Source: Octopus bimaculoides (Eukaryota). From it: a DNA stretch of 63,988 nt. The position numbers and the translations under genes were made by a program. Shown here piece by piece: positions 27,181 through 40,817 of the stretch. The notes beneath the pieces are model-generated. The model did not search any database. It had not been told where the DNA came from and saw only the letters and a list, made by a program, of their open reading frames with translations. The stretch is from assembly GCF_001194135.2 (NCBI RefSeq), contig NC_068998.1, positions 7,100,523 to 7,164,510 of the forward strand. Reading direction: 5' to 3'. The first letter of the stretch is position 1; every line of letters begins with the position of its first letter.

Positions 27181-27499
27181 ACTCAAGAGAGGTGTGAAAC
27201 GGTGGTACTGTTACTGCCACCAATGGTTGTGTGTGTGTGTGTGTGTGTGTGCGTGCGTGCGTGTGTGTGTGTGTGTATGTGTGTGTGTTAATGTATATAA
27301 TTTATGACTGATTTATCTAGAAGCTGATGTGTGCTGTTTATTAGGAAAGGAAGCTGGCTTTGGGTTTGGAGTGAAAACAAACCATGAAACATTCCGTCAG
27401 GAGTGTTCTTCTCTCTTTTTTTTCAGAAAATCAATAGCATAGAAATGTTTACAGTTTTATTTCTTCTACATCAAACTTTTTAATATCTTCATTTATTTA

Positions 27500-27952
27500 A
27501 GGCAGAAACGAGCTGGCAGAAACGTTAGCACATAAGGTGAAATGCTTAGCAGTATTTCGGCTACATTTATGTTCTGAGTTCAAATTCCGCTGAGGTCGAC
27601 TTTGTCTTTCATCATTTGGGGTCGATAAATTAAGTACCAGTTGCGTACTAGGATCGATCTAATCGACTGGCCCCCTCCCACAAAATTTCGGGCCTTGTGC
27701 CTAAACTAGAAACGAATATTTTTCTTTTTGAAGCAGTGAGATGGCAGAAACGTTAGCACGCCTGGTGAAATGATTAGCGGTATTTCGACTGCTGTTACGT
27801 TCTGAGTTCAAATTCCACCGGGGTCGATTTTGCCTTTCATCCTTTCAGGGTAGATAAATTATGTACCAGTTGCGTACTGGGGTCGATCTAATTGACTGGC
27901 CCTTTTGCTCCCCCAAAATTTCAGGTCTTGTGCCTAGAGTTGAAAAGAATAT
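27500..27952 (+). mobile_element. Head-to-tail pair of SINE family B (about 27500-27720 and 27730-27952)
   Basis: Both have gagctggcagaaacgttagcac, gttctgagttcaaattcc and gaggtcgactttg(c/t)ctttcatc...gtcgataaattaagtaccag, resembling the Meta SINE domain. Confidence 0.9.
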
Positions 27953-28667
27953 TTTTATTTATTTCAATTCTTCTGATATGGTGTTTTAGGTCAAAGAAAC
28001 ATATTATCAAAAGCTAGCTTTACTTTTGACTATTTTATATGGCAGCCGATCTATGTTTTCGATTGGGGAAGGAAACAGGGATATGTCTTTCCTGAGGAAT
28101 GATCAAGAAACCATGAATCTGTCTGTGAGGAAACTCTTTTCTGCAAATCAATTGCATTGAAAGGGTGCACTTACATTCTCATTTTGCTCACAGTGTGGCT
28201 TTGTATTATTTAGATTGATTTTTTTTTCTCATTTATTCACTGTTGTGTGTGCATGTATATACGTATATATGTGTACATACACACACACACACATAAACAT
28301 ATTTATACACAAATATGTGTATGTGGAGAGAGGGTTCATATGTGCATAGAAAGCAGACATCTCTATACATAGAACCATCCACATACAATCCTTCTTTTGC
28401 TGTTCTGTTAATGGTTTTTATCATTGTTCTGCAGCTGTGCTGGGGGTAAGTAGGAAAGACTATCTTTAAGGGCTTTTAGTTGATTATATGAAAATGCTTT
28501 CCTCTTTATTCTGCAGAGAGCGACCCCCTGTAGATTGGCCAGGAATTCTATTTGCACAGCAAAATGAACATTTACTAAACATACATCAGAGAGTTTATTT
28601 ACAAACTTATCAAGACCAGAAACATACTATCTCACTATTTTATCTAATTAATATGACATCATCATAT

Positions 28668-28872
28668 AAGGCAGTGAGGTGGCTGTATCATTAGCAATGC
28701 TGGACAAAAAGCTTAACAGCATCCCATTCACCTTTACGTTCTGAGTTCAAATCTCACTGAGGTTGACTTTGCCTTTTATCTTTTCGGGGTTGATAACAAA
28801 AAAAAAAAATAGCATTGGGGTCAGTTTAATCGACTTAACCCCTTCCCTGAAATTGCTGGCCTTGTGAAACCA
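28668..28872 (+). mobile_element. SINE family B, diverged
   Basis: gttctgagttcaaatctcactgaggttgactttgcctttt... Confidence 0.8.
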
Positions 28873-29024
28873 ATATGATAGCATTCTATAGTGCTTTACG
28901 TACAGAGAACTCAGTACCTGCTAAGAGTATTACTACAGCCAGTGTTTCCTCACAACTTTCAAAAAAATGGGTATTGTTTAATGAACTTTTCTATAAAAGC
29001 CCTTCATGTGGTGTACTCTTTACT

Positions 29025-29208
29025 TTTTCACTCTTTTACTTGTTTCAGTCATTTGACTGCGGCCATGCTGGAGCACCCCCATTTAGTCGAGCAAATCGAC
29101 CCCAGGACATATTCTTTGTAAGCATAGTACTTATTCTATCAGTCTCTTTTGCTGCACCGCAAAAGTTATGGTGACGCGGAAACACACCAGCACCGGTTGT
29201 CAAGTGAT
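29025..29208 (-). mobile_element. SINE family A 3' half
   Basis: actcttttacttgtttcagtcatttgactgcggccatgctggagcacc...ccggttgtcaag. Confidence 0.9.
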
Positions 29209-29292
29209 ATATAGATATTAAGAGAGAGATAAATATATAAATGCAAACATAAATATGTGTATACAAATACACACGCATATATATCATATACA

Positions 29293-29361
<69 letters not shown>

Positions 29362-29440
29362 ACACACATACACACACATATGTACACATACATGCATACG
29401 TACATATATTTCTATTCATATAGACACACTCAAGGACACA

Positions 29441-29484
<44 letters not shown>

Positions 29485-29654
29485 ATATATATATTAGTAG
29501 ATATACACAAAACCCAGTTAATATAAATCTATTTCTATATATATTGCAAGAATTGTACTATGCATTGCCATTTGATCTCATATCTTCAGAACAAAGAACA
29601 CACGTGTATGTATGTTTGTATTCATGTATGTATATATGTATGTGTTTGTGCGTG

Positions 29655-29712
<58 letters not shown>

Positions 29713-30079
29713 CACATACATGTGATAAATATCGGCTTTGTTCATGGTGTGTATTTGTTTGGGCAAGTTTATTTTTTACTATTTTGCTTCATTAGTGAAG
29801 TAAACAAACCTTGACTAATGAACCACTTCTGGGCCCCATTAACTCCATAATCATGTTCATCTTTTTCAAAAGCTTTCACTCACATTGCTTGACTGCTATT
29901 CTAATTCTAACAGAAAAGAAAAGGAAAGAAAAAAAGTCAAGTATTTCCACCTCCATTCTATTCTTATAAAGACACAACCTTTCGATAACGCAGGGGCTAA
30001 CAAAACTGTCTCTACGAAGTCATTCGATCAACCTAGGAAAATAGCATAGAAATCTCTGTCTCAGATCATATCCTTGTTG

Positions 30080-30305
30080 TCATTGTCATCGTCATCATCG
30101 TTTAACATTCGCCTTCCATGCTGGCATGGGTTGGATGGTTTTGACATGCAGCTAGTTAGTAGGGAGCTGTCCAGACTCCAATTGTCTGTTGTGGCATGGT
30201 TTCTACGTCCAGATGTCATTCCTAGTGCCAACTACTTAGCAGAGCATGCTGGGTGCTTTTTACGCGTCACTGGCACAGGTGCCTTCATTTAAGTGGTGCC
30301 GACAC
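30080..30305 (-). mobile_element. SINE family E
   Basis: (CAT)n-tttaacattcgccttccatgctggcatgggttggatgg...gggtgctttttacg. Confidence 0.8.
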
Positions 30306-30354
30306 ATGAAAGGACAAGCCTGTATGCATGGAAGACAGCAATTTTACTTAGTGG

Positions 30355-30475
30355 CGAGCTGGACAATTACCCATGAGGACAACTACTTTCTAGGACAATT
30401 AACTCCCTTGGTTAATTACCCCCTCTGTTGTCATCAGGGGGAATTGTCCAGGGGCAGTAATTGTCCTGATACAGT
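30355..30475. mobile_element. Small fold-back element with iterated ggacaatt motifs (Mutator-like MITE remnant?)
   Basis: Left: ggacaattaccc, ggacaact, ggacaattaac; right: gggggaattgtcc, gtaattgtcc in inverted orientation. Confidence 0.5.
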
Positions 30476-31379
30476 ATCATCATCAACAGCTGCAATGGCA
30501 AATGAGATATAACAGAAAGCAAATTTACTATTTGGAATGATGGCCTAACTTTATTGATCGGGGTAGCAATTAATGCTATATAAACTACCTCTATAACCTT
30601 TCTAAGTCTCCACTCACATGGTTTGTATTTATAGGCAATTTTATTCCATTGCAGTATAGCAATTTCTATTTTCGCATCATACATTAACTGCCAATCTATA
30701 TCTCCTTTGATTAAAAACTTTGAGACAGATCTAAAAAGGAAATACCTCAGTTCAGATTTAGCCAAGATAATTGTATCAATATAAGAATAGGATATCTGAA
30801 GACAATCAGATATTGAACCAATCAAAATGAAACACTGAAGGCACAGAGTATGAAAAGTAAGGTTAATTGCCCGGAAAATTTAAATTATTACCACAATAAC
30901 TCTTCCCAATTAAATTTAGACATATCATTTAATTCACGTTTGCTCAGTTCACTTTCAGCTTTGGCTAGGTACGTATCACTAATATATAATTATGTAATTT
31001 ATGGCTGTATAATTAATTAGTCTTCATTACTTTAAATGCTACCATAGCATCTGGAAACCAGGCAAATAACATACATTTTACACACATTTTATTTCATATG
31101 AAACACTCTCACACACATGTGTATAAAGTATATATACACGCAAGGCGATCATTGGTTTTGAGGGCGAGTGTTCAGTTGTTCAATTAATCTCTTCATTAAT
31201 TTGGTACAAGCTGAGTATTCCACAGCCATGTATACTCTTAACTAATATTCTCTCATTTTTTGCTGTGGGTGTACTCATACATTTGATTGTGTGCAAATTT
31301 AGTTTTTCTTTCTAAAGTATGTGTGCGTCTGAGTAACTATTTTCAATTAAAAAAATTTCAGTGTCTTCTTGAAAGTACA

Positions 31380-31495
31380 TTATTCACATTATTTACATTA
31401 TTTACATTTGACGGATATTTGTCCTCATCTTGTTTGTTGTTAACACAACGTTTCGGCTGATATACCTTCTTCATCAGGTGTCTTGGGGAAATTTC
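31380..31495 (-). mobile_element. Element HH-2 3' part; hammerhead motif (31442-31482) with deleted stem II 5' strand
   Basis: Minus strand: GACAC CTGATGA agaaggtatat CAGCC GAAA CGT T GTGTT, followed by the same tail as 40685-40742. Confidence 0.8.
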
Positions 31496-32469
31496 TAATT
31501 TCATTCAACTGATCTTGTAAGAATTATCTCTAATCTTGTCTTTTATTTTAAGAATTTAACCTTTTAGCATTCAGATTCCTCTGTCAAATGCAATGCTTAT
31601 TTATCCATACCGATTTCAATTAATCAGGTATTATCTAGCTTTGAGATTTCAATAATACGATTGGATATATTTAGAATGACATTGTAGGATAGGTATGAGA
31701 GGCTGGATCTGGCCAGTTTGCACATGAAACAAATAGAATATTTGTGCCTGATATGGCCAGTTTAAATGCTGAAGTGTTAAACACCCACCAGAAGGATATT
31801 TTTTTTCTTTCAACGGCAACTGCTTGGATAACGCTAAGTTTTTGAATCATTATATTACATAAGCACAACTACAGTATTTCTATTTAGTATGCAGAATGTT
31901 TCTTGGAAGTACTTTCTGTCATATTAATCATACACCAGATAATGAAATAACAATACAAACAAAACACCCAGGTCACATAATACATTTATTGACACAAAAA
32001 CACAAGAAATAAAAAGAAAGTAAAAAAAACACAGACTTAAATTCCAAGTGTTTTATGTATTCTAATAACAGGAAACAGCCATCCCTGGGCATTTTTATCT
32101 CGTATTTAACATGGCATTATTTGGAGATAACCATTTGACTTTAAGACCCATATATTATATTTTCTCTAATTGAAACTGTTACTCATACTTGAACATGTCT
32201 GTGAGAATTGTATAAATGACAGCATGGCTTACTGAAGACTGCAGGAATGGAAGATAAGATTATGGTAATGTTAGAAATGGGTGACAGAGTAGCATTGAGG
32301 ACATCATGAATGCAAGACGTCTACTATTGGGGTAGTATAGTAGATGTAACTGAAAGACTATGAGACATAATTGGTATTTGTGGAGTCAGAAGTGATTGCA
32401 GTGGTAGTAGTAGAAAGGAAATTACTCATCAGCTGATTAATTACTCATTAATATATTTTCTCATTAATA

Positions 32470-32688
32470 AGGTGGTAATCTGGTAGAACCGTTAGCATGC
32501 CGGATAAAATGCTTAGTGGCATTTTGTCGCTCATTATGTTCTGAGTTCAAATTCGTTTTGACTGTAGGCACACGGCCTGAAATTTTTGGAGAGGGGGCCA
32601 GTCGATTAGATCGATCCCAGTACGCAACTGGTACTTAATTTATTGACCCTGAAAGGATGAAAGGAAATGTTGACCTCGGTGGAATTTG
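32470..32688. mobile_element. SINE family B with inverted 3' half
   Basis: Head on + (32470-32554, ends gagttcaaattc); remainder on - (32564-32688, ends ctcggtggaatttg). Confidence 0.85.
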
Positions 32689-33536
32689 CTTTATATCCTC
32701 TAGATTAGTGGTTCAACAAATAGTGATGAATGAAACGAGGGCAAGACTGAAAAATTGTACCTTGGTCAATATGACCAATTGAAACACTATTGAAGGTAGT
32801 GTCCCAGTATGGCCACAGTCTGATGGCAGAAGCCAGCAAAGGTAAAAAAAAGGGTACACGATTGGATGGTTTGTGCTAGAAAGTTCAGTTCCTCCAGAAA
32901 CTAAAGTCAAAATAAATCAAACCTCTGACCAGAGAAACGGTTATTTTTCATCTGTTTTATGTTACACAAACTACAGACAATACACTATGATGACGGATGA
33001 TTCTGGTGAAGGTTTATATAAAGAAAAATAATACAGAACACAATAAAAAACAAAGAGGAAAAATGAAAGAATAAGTTGATAATAGCAAGATTTTGTCTTA
33101 GAATAGAATTGGCTTATTATAAATAATGCATGGCATTTAGCCCAGTGTGATATCATTTTATCACACTTCACTCAATAAATATTATCATTTATTCAACTTT
33201 TGTGGCAGTATTAAAGAGAAAGGTTTGCCATCTTTTAACCCTTTAGTTTGGACTTAGTTCCAAAGTCAATCTGTTGCCAGTTAAGCAAATGTAATTTGAT
33301 ATTCAGCTATTTTCTCTGCAAAGCAAATGAAAATCTGATTAAGTTATTTCATTTTATACACATAAGGGAAAGAAAATAATAGATGTTGTAAACACAAACA
33401 CATACACATTAACGCAAATATATTTATGTATGCGTATGCATACACACACACACACATATTAATATACGTGTATGCACTTCTGTGTGTGTATGTACATAAA
33501 TATATACATGCGTACATACTTACGTAGCTATATACC

Positions 33537-33577
<41 letters not shown>

Positions 33578-34269
33578 GTATGTATATATGTATGTATATC
33601 TATAGATAGATAGATCGATATAGATATATATACACATACACACACACATGAATATAAATATAGACATAGACAGCGGGAAAAAGAAAGATTAAAAACAATA
33701 CTTATACATGCATAAAACTGAAATAATAAAACATATGCAAATATACGGGCATAATATATGCATGCGTGTATGTGTGTGTATGAGTGTATTTATCTTTGTG
33801 TATATTTATGGTGTATATTACATTATTGTAATAACAAACACTAACGTTAGCAGAAACAATTATTGCAATAAGCTTCGTTCTTATAAGAAAAAGCAAAAAA
33901 AAAAAAAAAGCACCATTTTACAGTGCAATAAAAACAAAAAATTGTTATGAGAAACATAATTGTAATGCATACATATTTGTTTTTATGAACTCAGAGTCTA
34001 TGAAGGGAAATAACATTTCAATACAATATACATATTTACAGCATCAATGTAAAATAATTAGAGTCACTGAGACTGTTTTTTTAATTTCTAATCTATAACT
34101 CAGAAAACACACACACACACACACACATCATATACATGCACATGCACACACANNNNNNNNNNNNNNNNNNNNNNNNNNNNNNNNNNNNNNNNNNNNNNNN
34201 NNNNNNNNNNNNNNNNNNNNNNNNNNNNNNNNNNNNNNNNNNNNNNNNNNNNNNNNNNNNNNNNNNNNN

Positions 34270-34306
<37 letters not shown>

Positions 34307-34485
34307 AACCATCTTTTATATTTACTATGGTTTTTAACATTATCATTTCAACATTGTGTTCTTCCATAATTATGCATTCCTCTGAGCATTTGATCTGTTC
34401 TATTTGTCTGTCTATGCATTTATCTTCCTAGTGATCTCTGTATTTGCTTCTCTGTCTGTCCGTCCGTCTGCCTGCCTGTTTGTTA

Positions 34486-34546
<61 letters not shown>

Positions 34547-34606
34547 GCTATCTGTTTCTCTGTGTGTGCATGTGTACGTGTGTATTTTTTGTTTTGTGTG
34601 TGTAAA

Positions 34607-34663
<57 letters not shown>

Positions 34664-35147
34664 ATGTGTATGTGTGTGTGTGTGTGTGGATATAGGGGAC
34701 ACATGTACACCCTCATGCACATACACACACAGACAGAGAAACACAGAGAGAAACACACACAGATAGAGAGAGAAAATAAAGAGAGGTAGATAATTATACA
34801 TACATACATATATGTACGTATATAATATATGTATATGTGTGTATGTGTATATATATATATATATGTGTGTGTGTATATATATATGTGTATATATATATAT
34901 ACATATATACATACAGACGCACATATATATATATACATATATATATATATGGTACATATATGTATTATGTCATTATATTCACGTACACACTTATATATGT
35001 ATATACATACTATATCTACATAAATATATATGCACATATTTATATATACATTTATATGTATTTATGTATACACATACACACGTATATGTTTTTGTGTGGG
35101 GAAAACATAACCGATACATATGTATATAAATATATACATATACATAC

Positions 35148-35213
<66 letters not shown>

Positions 35214-35408
35214 TTACATAAATAAATATAAAATCAAATCAAAAGTAACTGAAGTCAAGTGAATATGGCTTCAGTCTTTCAAATGCCATTCACAAATATT
35301 TCAAATATTTGGAAACTGTTTGAACTCTAAAATATTTATTTGTGAGTCGTTTATTAGATGGGTTAGTGAGAGACAGAGAGAGACAGAGAGAGAAAGAGAG
35401 GGAGAGAC

Positions 35409-35439
<31 letters not shown>

Positions 35440-35869
35440 AAGAGAAATGGCGTTATGTGAACTGTGGGTGAGGAATAAGAAAATGTATTATGCTTCGTTT
35501 GTTGGTTTATTTTTTTAAAACTACTTTAATAATAGCTGTTTATTTATATTTATTGTATTTCATTTAAATAAAATAATTTACTTTCCACACATATTTTCTT
35601 TTTTTTTTCTTTACAGAAACACAACTCAAAAACAATTTTATGCTAACAACAGTCAATAGTAAATGTTAGAATCAACTATTTGTTTCAGATTTCAACGTGT
35701 ATTTAGTGNNNNNNNNNNACAACAATGAAAAATAAAAAATATATATATATATATATAATAAAATAAAACCACAAAAAACAAAACAAAAACAGGCAAACTT
35801 TGAAATCACAGAAGTAAAGAACAAAGAAATAAAGGAACAAGAATACAAAACAAAGAACCAACCAACAAA

Positions 35870-35892
35870 CCAATAATGATAATAATAATAAC

Positions 35893-35927
<35 letters not shown>

Positions 35928-36007
35928 TAATAATAATAATGATAATAATGATAATGATAATAATGATGATGATAATAATAATAATAATAATAATAATATT
36001 GATAATA

Positions 36008-36065
<58 letters not shown>

Positions 36066-36075
36066 TAATAATAAT
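35870..36075. repeat. (AAT/GAT)n microsatellite; similar (AAT)/(ATT) runs at about 13350-13412, 40515-40588, 44660-44770, 49062-49112
   Basis: Direct reading. Confidence 0.95.
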
Positions 36076-36521
36076 ATATAAAAATTGGTGGTGTCAAAAC
36101 GAAGACAAACTATTCATTTGATGGATTGTCTGTCGAATTTTGCTCTCAACTTAAAATCCTTGAAATAATAGAAAAAGAAAAAAAGAAATTAAGCAAGAAA
36201 AACAAAGCAACAAGAAAATAAAAAAACTCAATAATAACAAATAGAAAGACTGTAACGAAAATGAAAAATACAATAATATGAGGAAATAACAAGAAAAGCG
36301 AACAGATTTTAATCAAGGGAGACAGTTATACAAGAATAAAATCTATAATATCTTTTAACAATAATATTGACAATGCAAATCAATATTAGCAACAAAAATT
36401 TATGATAAAATCTGATCAAAAGTTGTCTTGGCCAAATAGATAACTTTAATGGATGATGTTTGACAATAGATTGTGTGTATATATGTACATTCATCCACAC
36501 ACACACATACATGAATACATT

Positions 36522-36566
<45 letters not shown>

Positions 36567-36667
36567 GACATAGATATACGTGTAAACATAAATTCATTCT
36601 ATGTATGTACATATGGATACTTGTGATTGTGCTTGCATGTATATGTTGTTTGTATGTATTTGCGAAC

Positions 36668-36698
<31 letters not shown>

Positions 36699-37489
36699 TA
36701 TATATATATGTATGTATGTACATATGTTGAGTGAATTTAGGTGTGCATGTATATTTGTGTGTATGTGTGTGTGTGCATGTTGTGTGTGTGTGTGTGTGTG
36801 TGTGTGTAGACGTACATAAATATGCCCGTGTGTTCAGACAGTTGTGATTGCATGTGTGTCTCTCTGTGTATAGTAGCTGTGTATCAGTACATAAGTATAT
36901 ACATACATATTGTGTATGTACAAATGTATGTTTATACGTGTGAGTGTATGTGTATAACTTTGTGGATATCTGTATATCCGAGGTTAGAAGTTTGTGTAAA
37001 TGTTTGTCCATATGTATAAATTTATGACTATATATGTACGTTTGAATCTATTTGTGTATATATGTAAATAAAAATGTGTGTATACCCACCTCTCTCTTTC
37101 AATATATATAATTTACATACATATGCATGTGTGTATGTGCATGTTTTTGTATGTAGGGCTATGTATATTTGCGTAAACATCTATTAATAGAAATTAACAA
37201 TGGGAAAAAAGAAGCAAAGATTACAAAATTTTGGTGATGTGACTGATTATTCGTTAGTCTTTTATTTTCCACTCATAACAATTTAGTCTTAACATACAAA
37301 TCTATACATATTTTCTATCACAGAACCTTCGCTTTGTGCCACCTATTTCACTAAAAGCAGAAAGCTTCAGATTAAATGATTGAAACTAGAAATTAAATAT
37401 GGAACAAACATTTGAATCAGGTTAAAAAACATAATTTTAAAAACCTCCCTTTTAACTTCTATATATGATAATAATTAGGTTCCAATAAA

Positions 37490-37800
37490 GGTTCCAATAA
37501 ACGATTTCTGATCATATAGACTGGATTGGTAATGAGAAGAACACATACTTCTGTGCTGTAGGGTATAATATTCTTATCTCTTAGACCACTGATCCTTCTA
37601 CATTTGCATTCATATTTTTAGGTTCTTTAAATTCATCTCTCAGTAGAGGAACCATACTGAGCTGATGCCAACAGTGGACTTATAGATTAGAATATTGGTA
37701 TTCATTGTATGTGGTATTTCTTTGATTTCCTTTGTAAAGCTTTTCATTGTGGTTCTGTATCAATTATTGAAATGCCCTTTCATAGCATTTATATGGTTTT
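37490..37800 (-). mobile_element. Possible very decayed CR1/L2-like LINE 3' coding remnant
   Basis: Minus frames give YKSTVGISSVWFLY and ISGLRDKN, weakly like YKSLVRPHLEY..SVWSPY and IPGLRDLSY. Confidence 0.3.
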
Positions 37801-37824
37801 TCTTTCTTGCACTATATATCTATA

Positions 37825-37867
<43 letters not shown>

Positions 37868-39559
37868 ATATATATATATATATATATATATTCAGTTATT
37901 TCTGACTTGGATAGTTCTCTTCTCATTAAGGGCTTTTGATGTCATTCCATCTATTCTTGCAATTTATTTGTGGGAGGTCTTATAAAGGAATTTCTTGTGT
38001 TTTTCGATATAAAGGGAAAAATGAGAAAATTCTTAAGGATCAAAATAAACCATCATCGGGAAAACGTTAATGAGAGGATAAATACCAAAGTCATGAACAG
38101 AGGAATATATATGGTGCCAAAAGTAAGTTTACATCATCTACAATTAAGAGGCAGGGAATTGGTAAGTGTTTTTAGCGTACCATACAAAATGCCATACAGT
38201 TTTCTCTCCAGCTACTTTGGTTATGAGTTCAAATACCACCACGACTCATTTTAGCTTTTATTGTACTGGGGTTGATGATTAAAAAATAAGTCAAGAGTGA
38301 TGGACTAGTGGAATCGTTAGAATACTGGACAGGAGACATTGTTGTCTTTGTTCTGGCTCTTTGTGTTCTCAGTTCAATTCCTGTCGTTGGTAGTATACTT
38401 AATAATACGTTGCCAGAGTTAAAACCATCAAACTGACACCTTGGTTGCCATTAGCGGAGTCAATTTTGGCACAAGAATTCAAGCATGGTTTCTGCTATGA
38501 GGATACTTTTATCTATCCATCCCTTTTAACAATCTCAGAGGCCCAGTAAAGGGTCATTTTCACAGACTACCTTCCTAACCAAGCAATGGCAAAAGCCCCC
38601 TGATGGAAACATAGAAGAATCAAAGTTGCGGCACATGAAGGGCCAACTGAAAACCCAATCAGAAAGCGCATTGTTGATATCAGCTTCATATAGCTGACTC
38701 GCAACTTCTTGGCTTTTTTCTCTTGATTTTTTTCGTACTCTACCATATTGTGTCTTTGAATAACTACTCCAGACATTTATACATATTAAACCTAATTATA
38801 ATTGCTTAATTAATCTATTTATCAAAAAATTATGGAAATGTAATATAATAATAAAACAAAAAACATCTCATCCATCACTGTGTTACATTCTTATTTGCCA
38901 GTCACCAGACTTCTTAGCCAAATCTATATATTCTATTTGGCCAAGAATATAGAAGAAACACAGTTGCTTCAAAAAGAGAAGCGGTAACAAGTATTTATGA
39001 TAATCGCGAGTAGTTTTTATTCGCTACATGATGTTCCAATGTAAAGTTTATTTGTAATGACAAATCAATGAATCCTTGAATATTTCAACTAACATCACAA
39101 ACATCCCAAATCACATATCGAATTAAATTGCAAAAGCTCATGATAGTATAGTTAATGTATTTGTCTTTCATTTCCTAATATTGCTAATGAGTATTTGAAG
39201 TATCAATCATCAACAGGTATGCATACTTAGTTCCCTTGCCTAGCTAGATGGAATGAGAGTTGGAAAATATAAACCAAATACATAATAGATCTCTGTTTTT
39301 CCTTCATCAAAGGAGGAAAAAAACACAGCACAGTTTTATAAAAGACAAATTTTAAATATTTAGCTTCTAATGTCTACACAAACTTGGAAAGCAAAATAAC
39401 AATAATAACAACAGTGAAAAATAATTTTAAATAAAATACAAAATTAAAGTAAATGACGATATAAAAGAAAAATGAACTATTTGTAAATAAAAAAATATTC
39501 TTAAAGAGTTTTGAAATTACAGTGTTAGTTTAAAGTTTTTTTGCCATTTTCTTTGGTCA

Positions 39560-39940
39560 GAGCTTTCAGCAGTTTGGGCATTTAGGGAGTGAGAAGGAGG
39601 AAGGCCATCCGTAGTACCACCGATGCGACAGAGAGGGCCTCAAGATGGCTGTGAATCAAAAGAGGAGAGCCAGGGGTAACTAGTTGGTCATCTGGACACA
39701 AGCTGGGGTCTGATCAGCTCCAGCTGGGTCACCTGGATGAGGGTGTATGATGTTGAAAGACCTGAAACACCCGATGATACCAGGCACATCAATGAAGATG
39801 TGTCCAGATGCATCAGTCATTGAGGTATGCATACAACAGTTGATACATCTAAAGATCACAGGTTCTAACTTTGTCACTGGCAGGCATGGCTGCATATATT
39901 GGTTGCCAGGAGAGTACAAGGGGACCCTTGCAGCTGCAAT
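39560..39940 (+). mobile_element. Decayed RTE-like LINE C-terminal remnant
   Basis: GC-rich island; FGHL...KRRARG...W...LKDLK pattern with stops; nucleotide similarity to the reverse complement of 58740-58815. Confidence 0.4.
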
Positions 39941-40440
39941 GCTATCATTTAATTTTTTATTTTGTTAAAATTATTCTTTTCAACTGTCTACAAACACATC
40001 CAAGCTGAGATGATTAATGCATTCTTCCAGGAGTGTATAAACAATTCTCAAACTTGAGGCGATAGGCCCCTTAGATACTAACACAGGTCCCTATATATGG
40101 ATTCTAATGTTGCAGGGGTCCACTTGCCATAGGGCGAGCTGGCAACCTGGCCAGTCCGCTACTGATCACAGATACTTAACACTGAGGGCACATGGCAGTT
40201 CTTCACACAGCAAGTGATGCCTATTCACAAAACATTTTGGTACTAAGCTAGGAAAACTCTCAGAACAGAACATGTTTTCCCTTCATCGTATGAAAAAGAA
40301 AGTGATTAAAAAAGTAAACAAATTCTACATAATTAACTTTAAACTTCTGCACAGACTTCAAAAGAATATATATAAACAAATAAACAAAAATATAAAAAAA
40401 AAAAATTAAGCAAGACAAATTCTTCTGTACATTATTTACA

Positions 40441-40742
40441 GGCATATGGTGTAGTAGTTAAGAGCACAGGCTACTAATCCCAAGATTCCAAGTTCGATTC
40501 CAGGCAGTGACCTGAATAATAATAATAGTACTAATAATAATAATAATAATAATAATAATGATAATAATAATAATAATAATAATAATAAGATCGAAAATTA
40601 CCTTAGGAATGAGAACCCAGGTTTCAAAATTTCCCCAAGACACCTGATGAAGGCTGCAGAGTATATCAGTTGAAACGTTGTGCTAACAACAAACAAGATG
40701 AGGACAAATATCCATCAAATGTAAATAATGTAAATAATCTAT
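40441..40742 (+). mobile_element. Element HH-2: tRNA-like head + (AAT)n + minimal hammerhead (40639-40684) + (AAATAATGT)-type tail
   Basis: A-box-like tggtgtagtagtt, B-box-like agttcgattcc; GACAC CTGATGA A GGCTG-cagagtatat-CAGTT GAAA CGT T GTGCT. Confidence 0.8.
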
Positions 40743-40817
40743 ATAATTCCTCATCTCTTAAATATAGAACTGTAAATTCTTCTGTAATTTTGAATTGGCG
40801 GTTAGTGTAGATCATAG

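Noticed and set aside
28090-28115. CTGAGGA...GAAA spacing
   Set aside because: No stem I, II or III pairing; chance
30412-30825. 137-aa minus-strand ORF
   Set aside because: No recognisable motif, runs into a fold-back repeat, no convincing splice structure
35617-35658. Strong acceptor with a 42-nt open candidate exon
   Set aside because: Weak donor (GTAAAT), two equally open frames, no link to other exons
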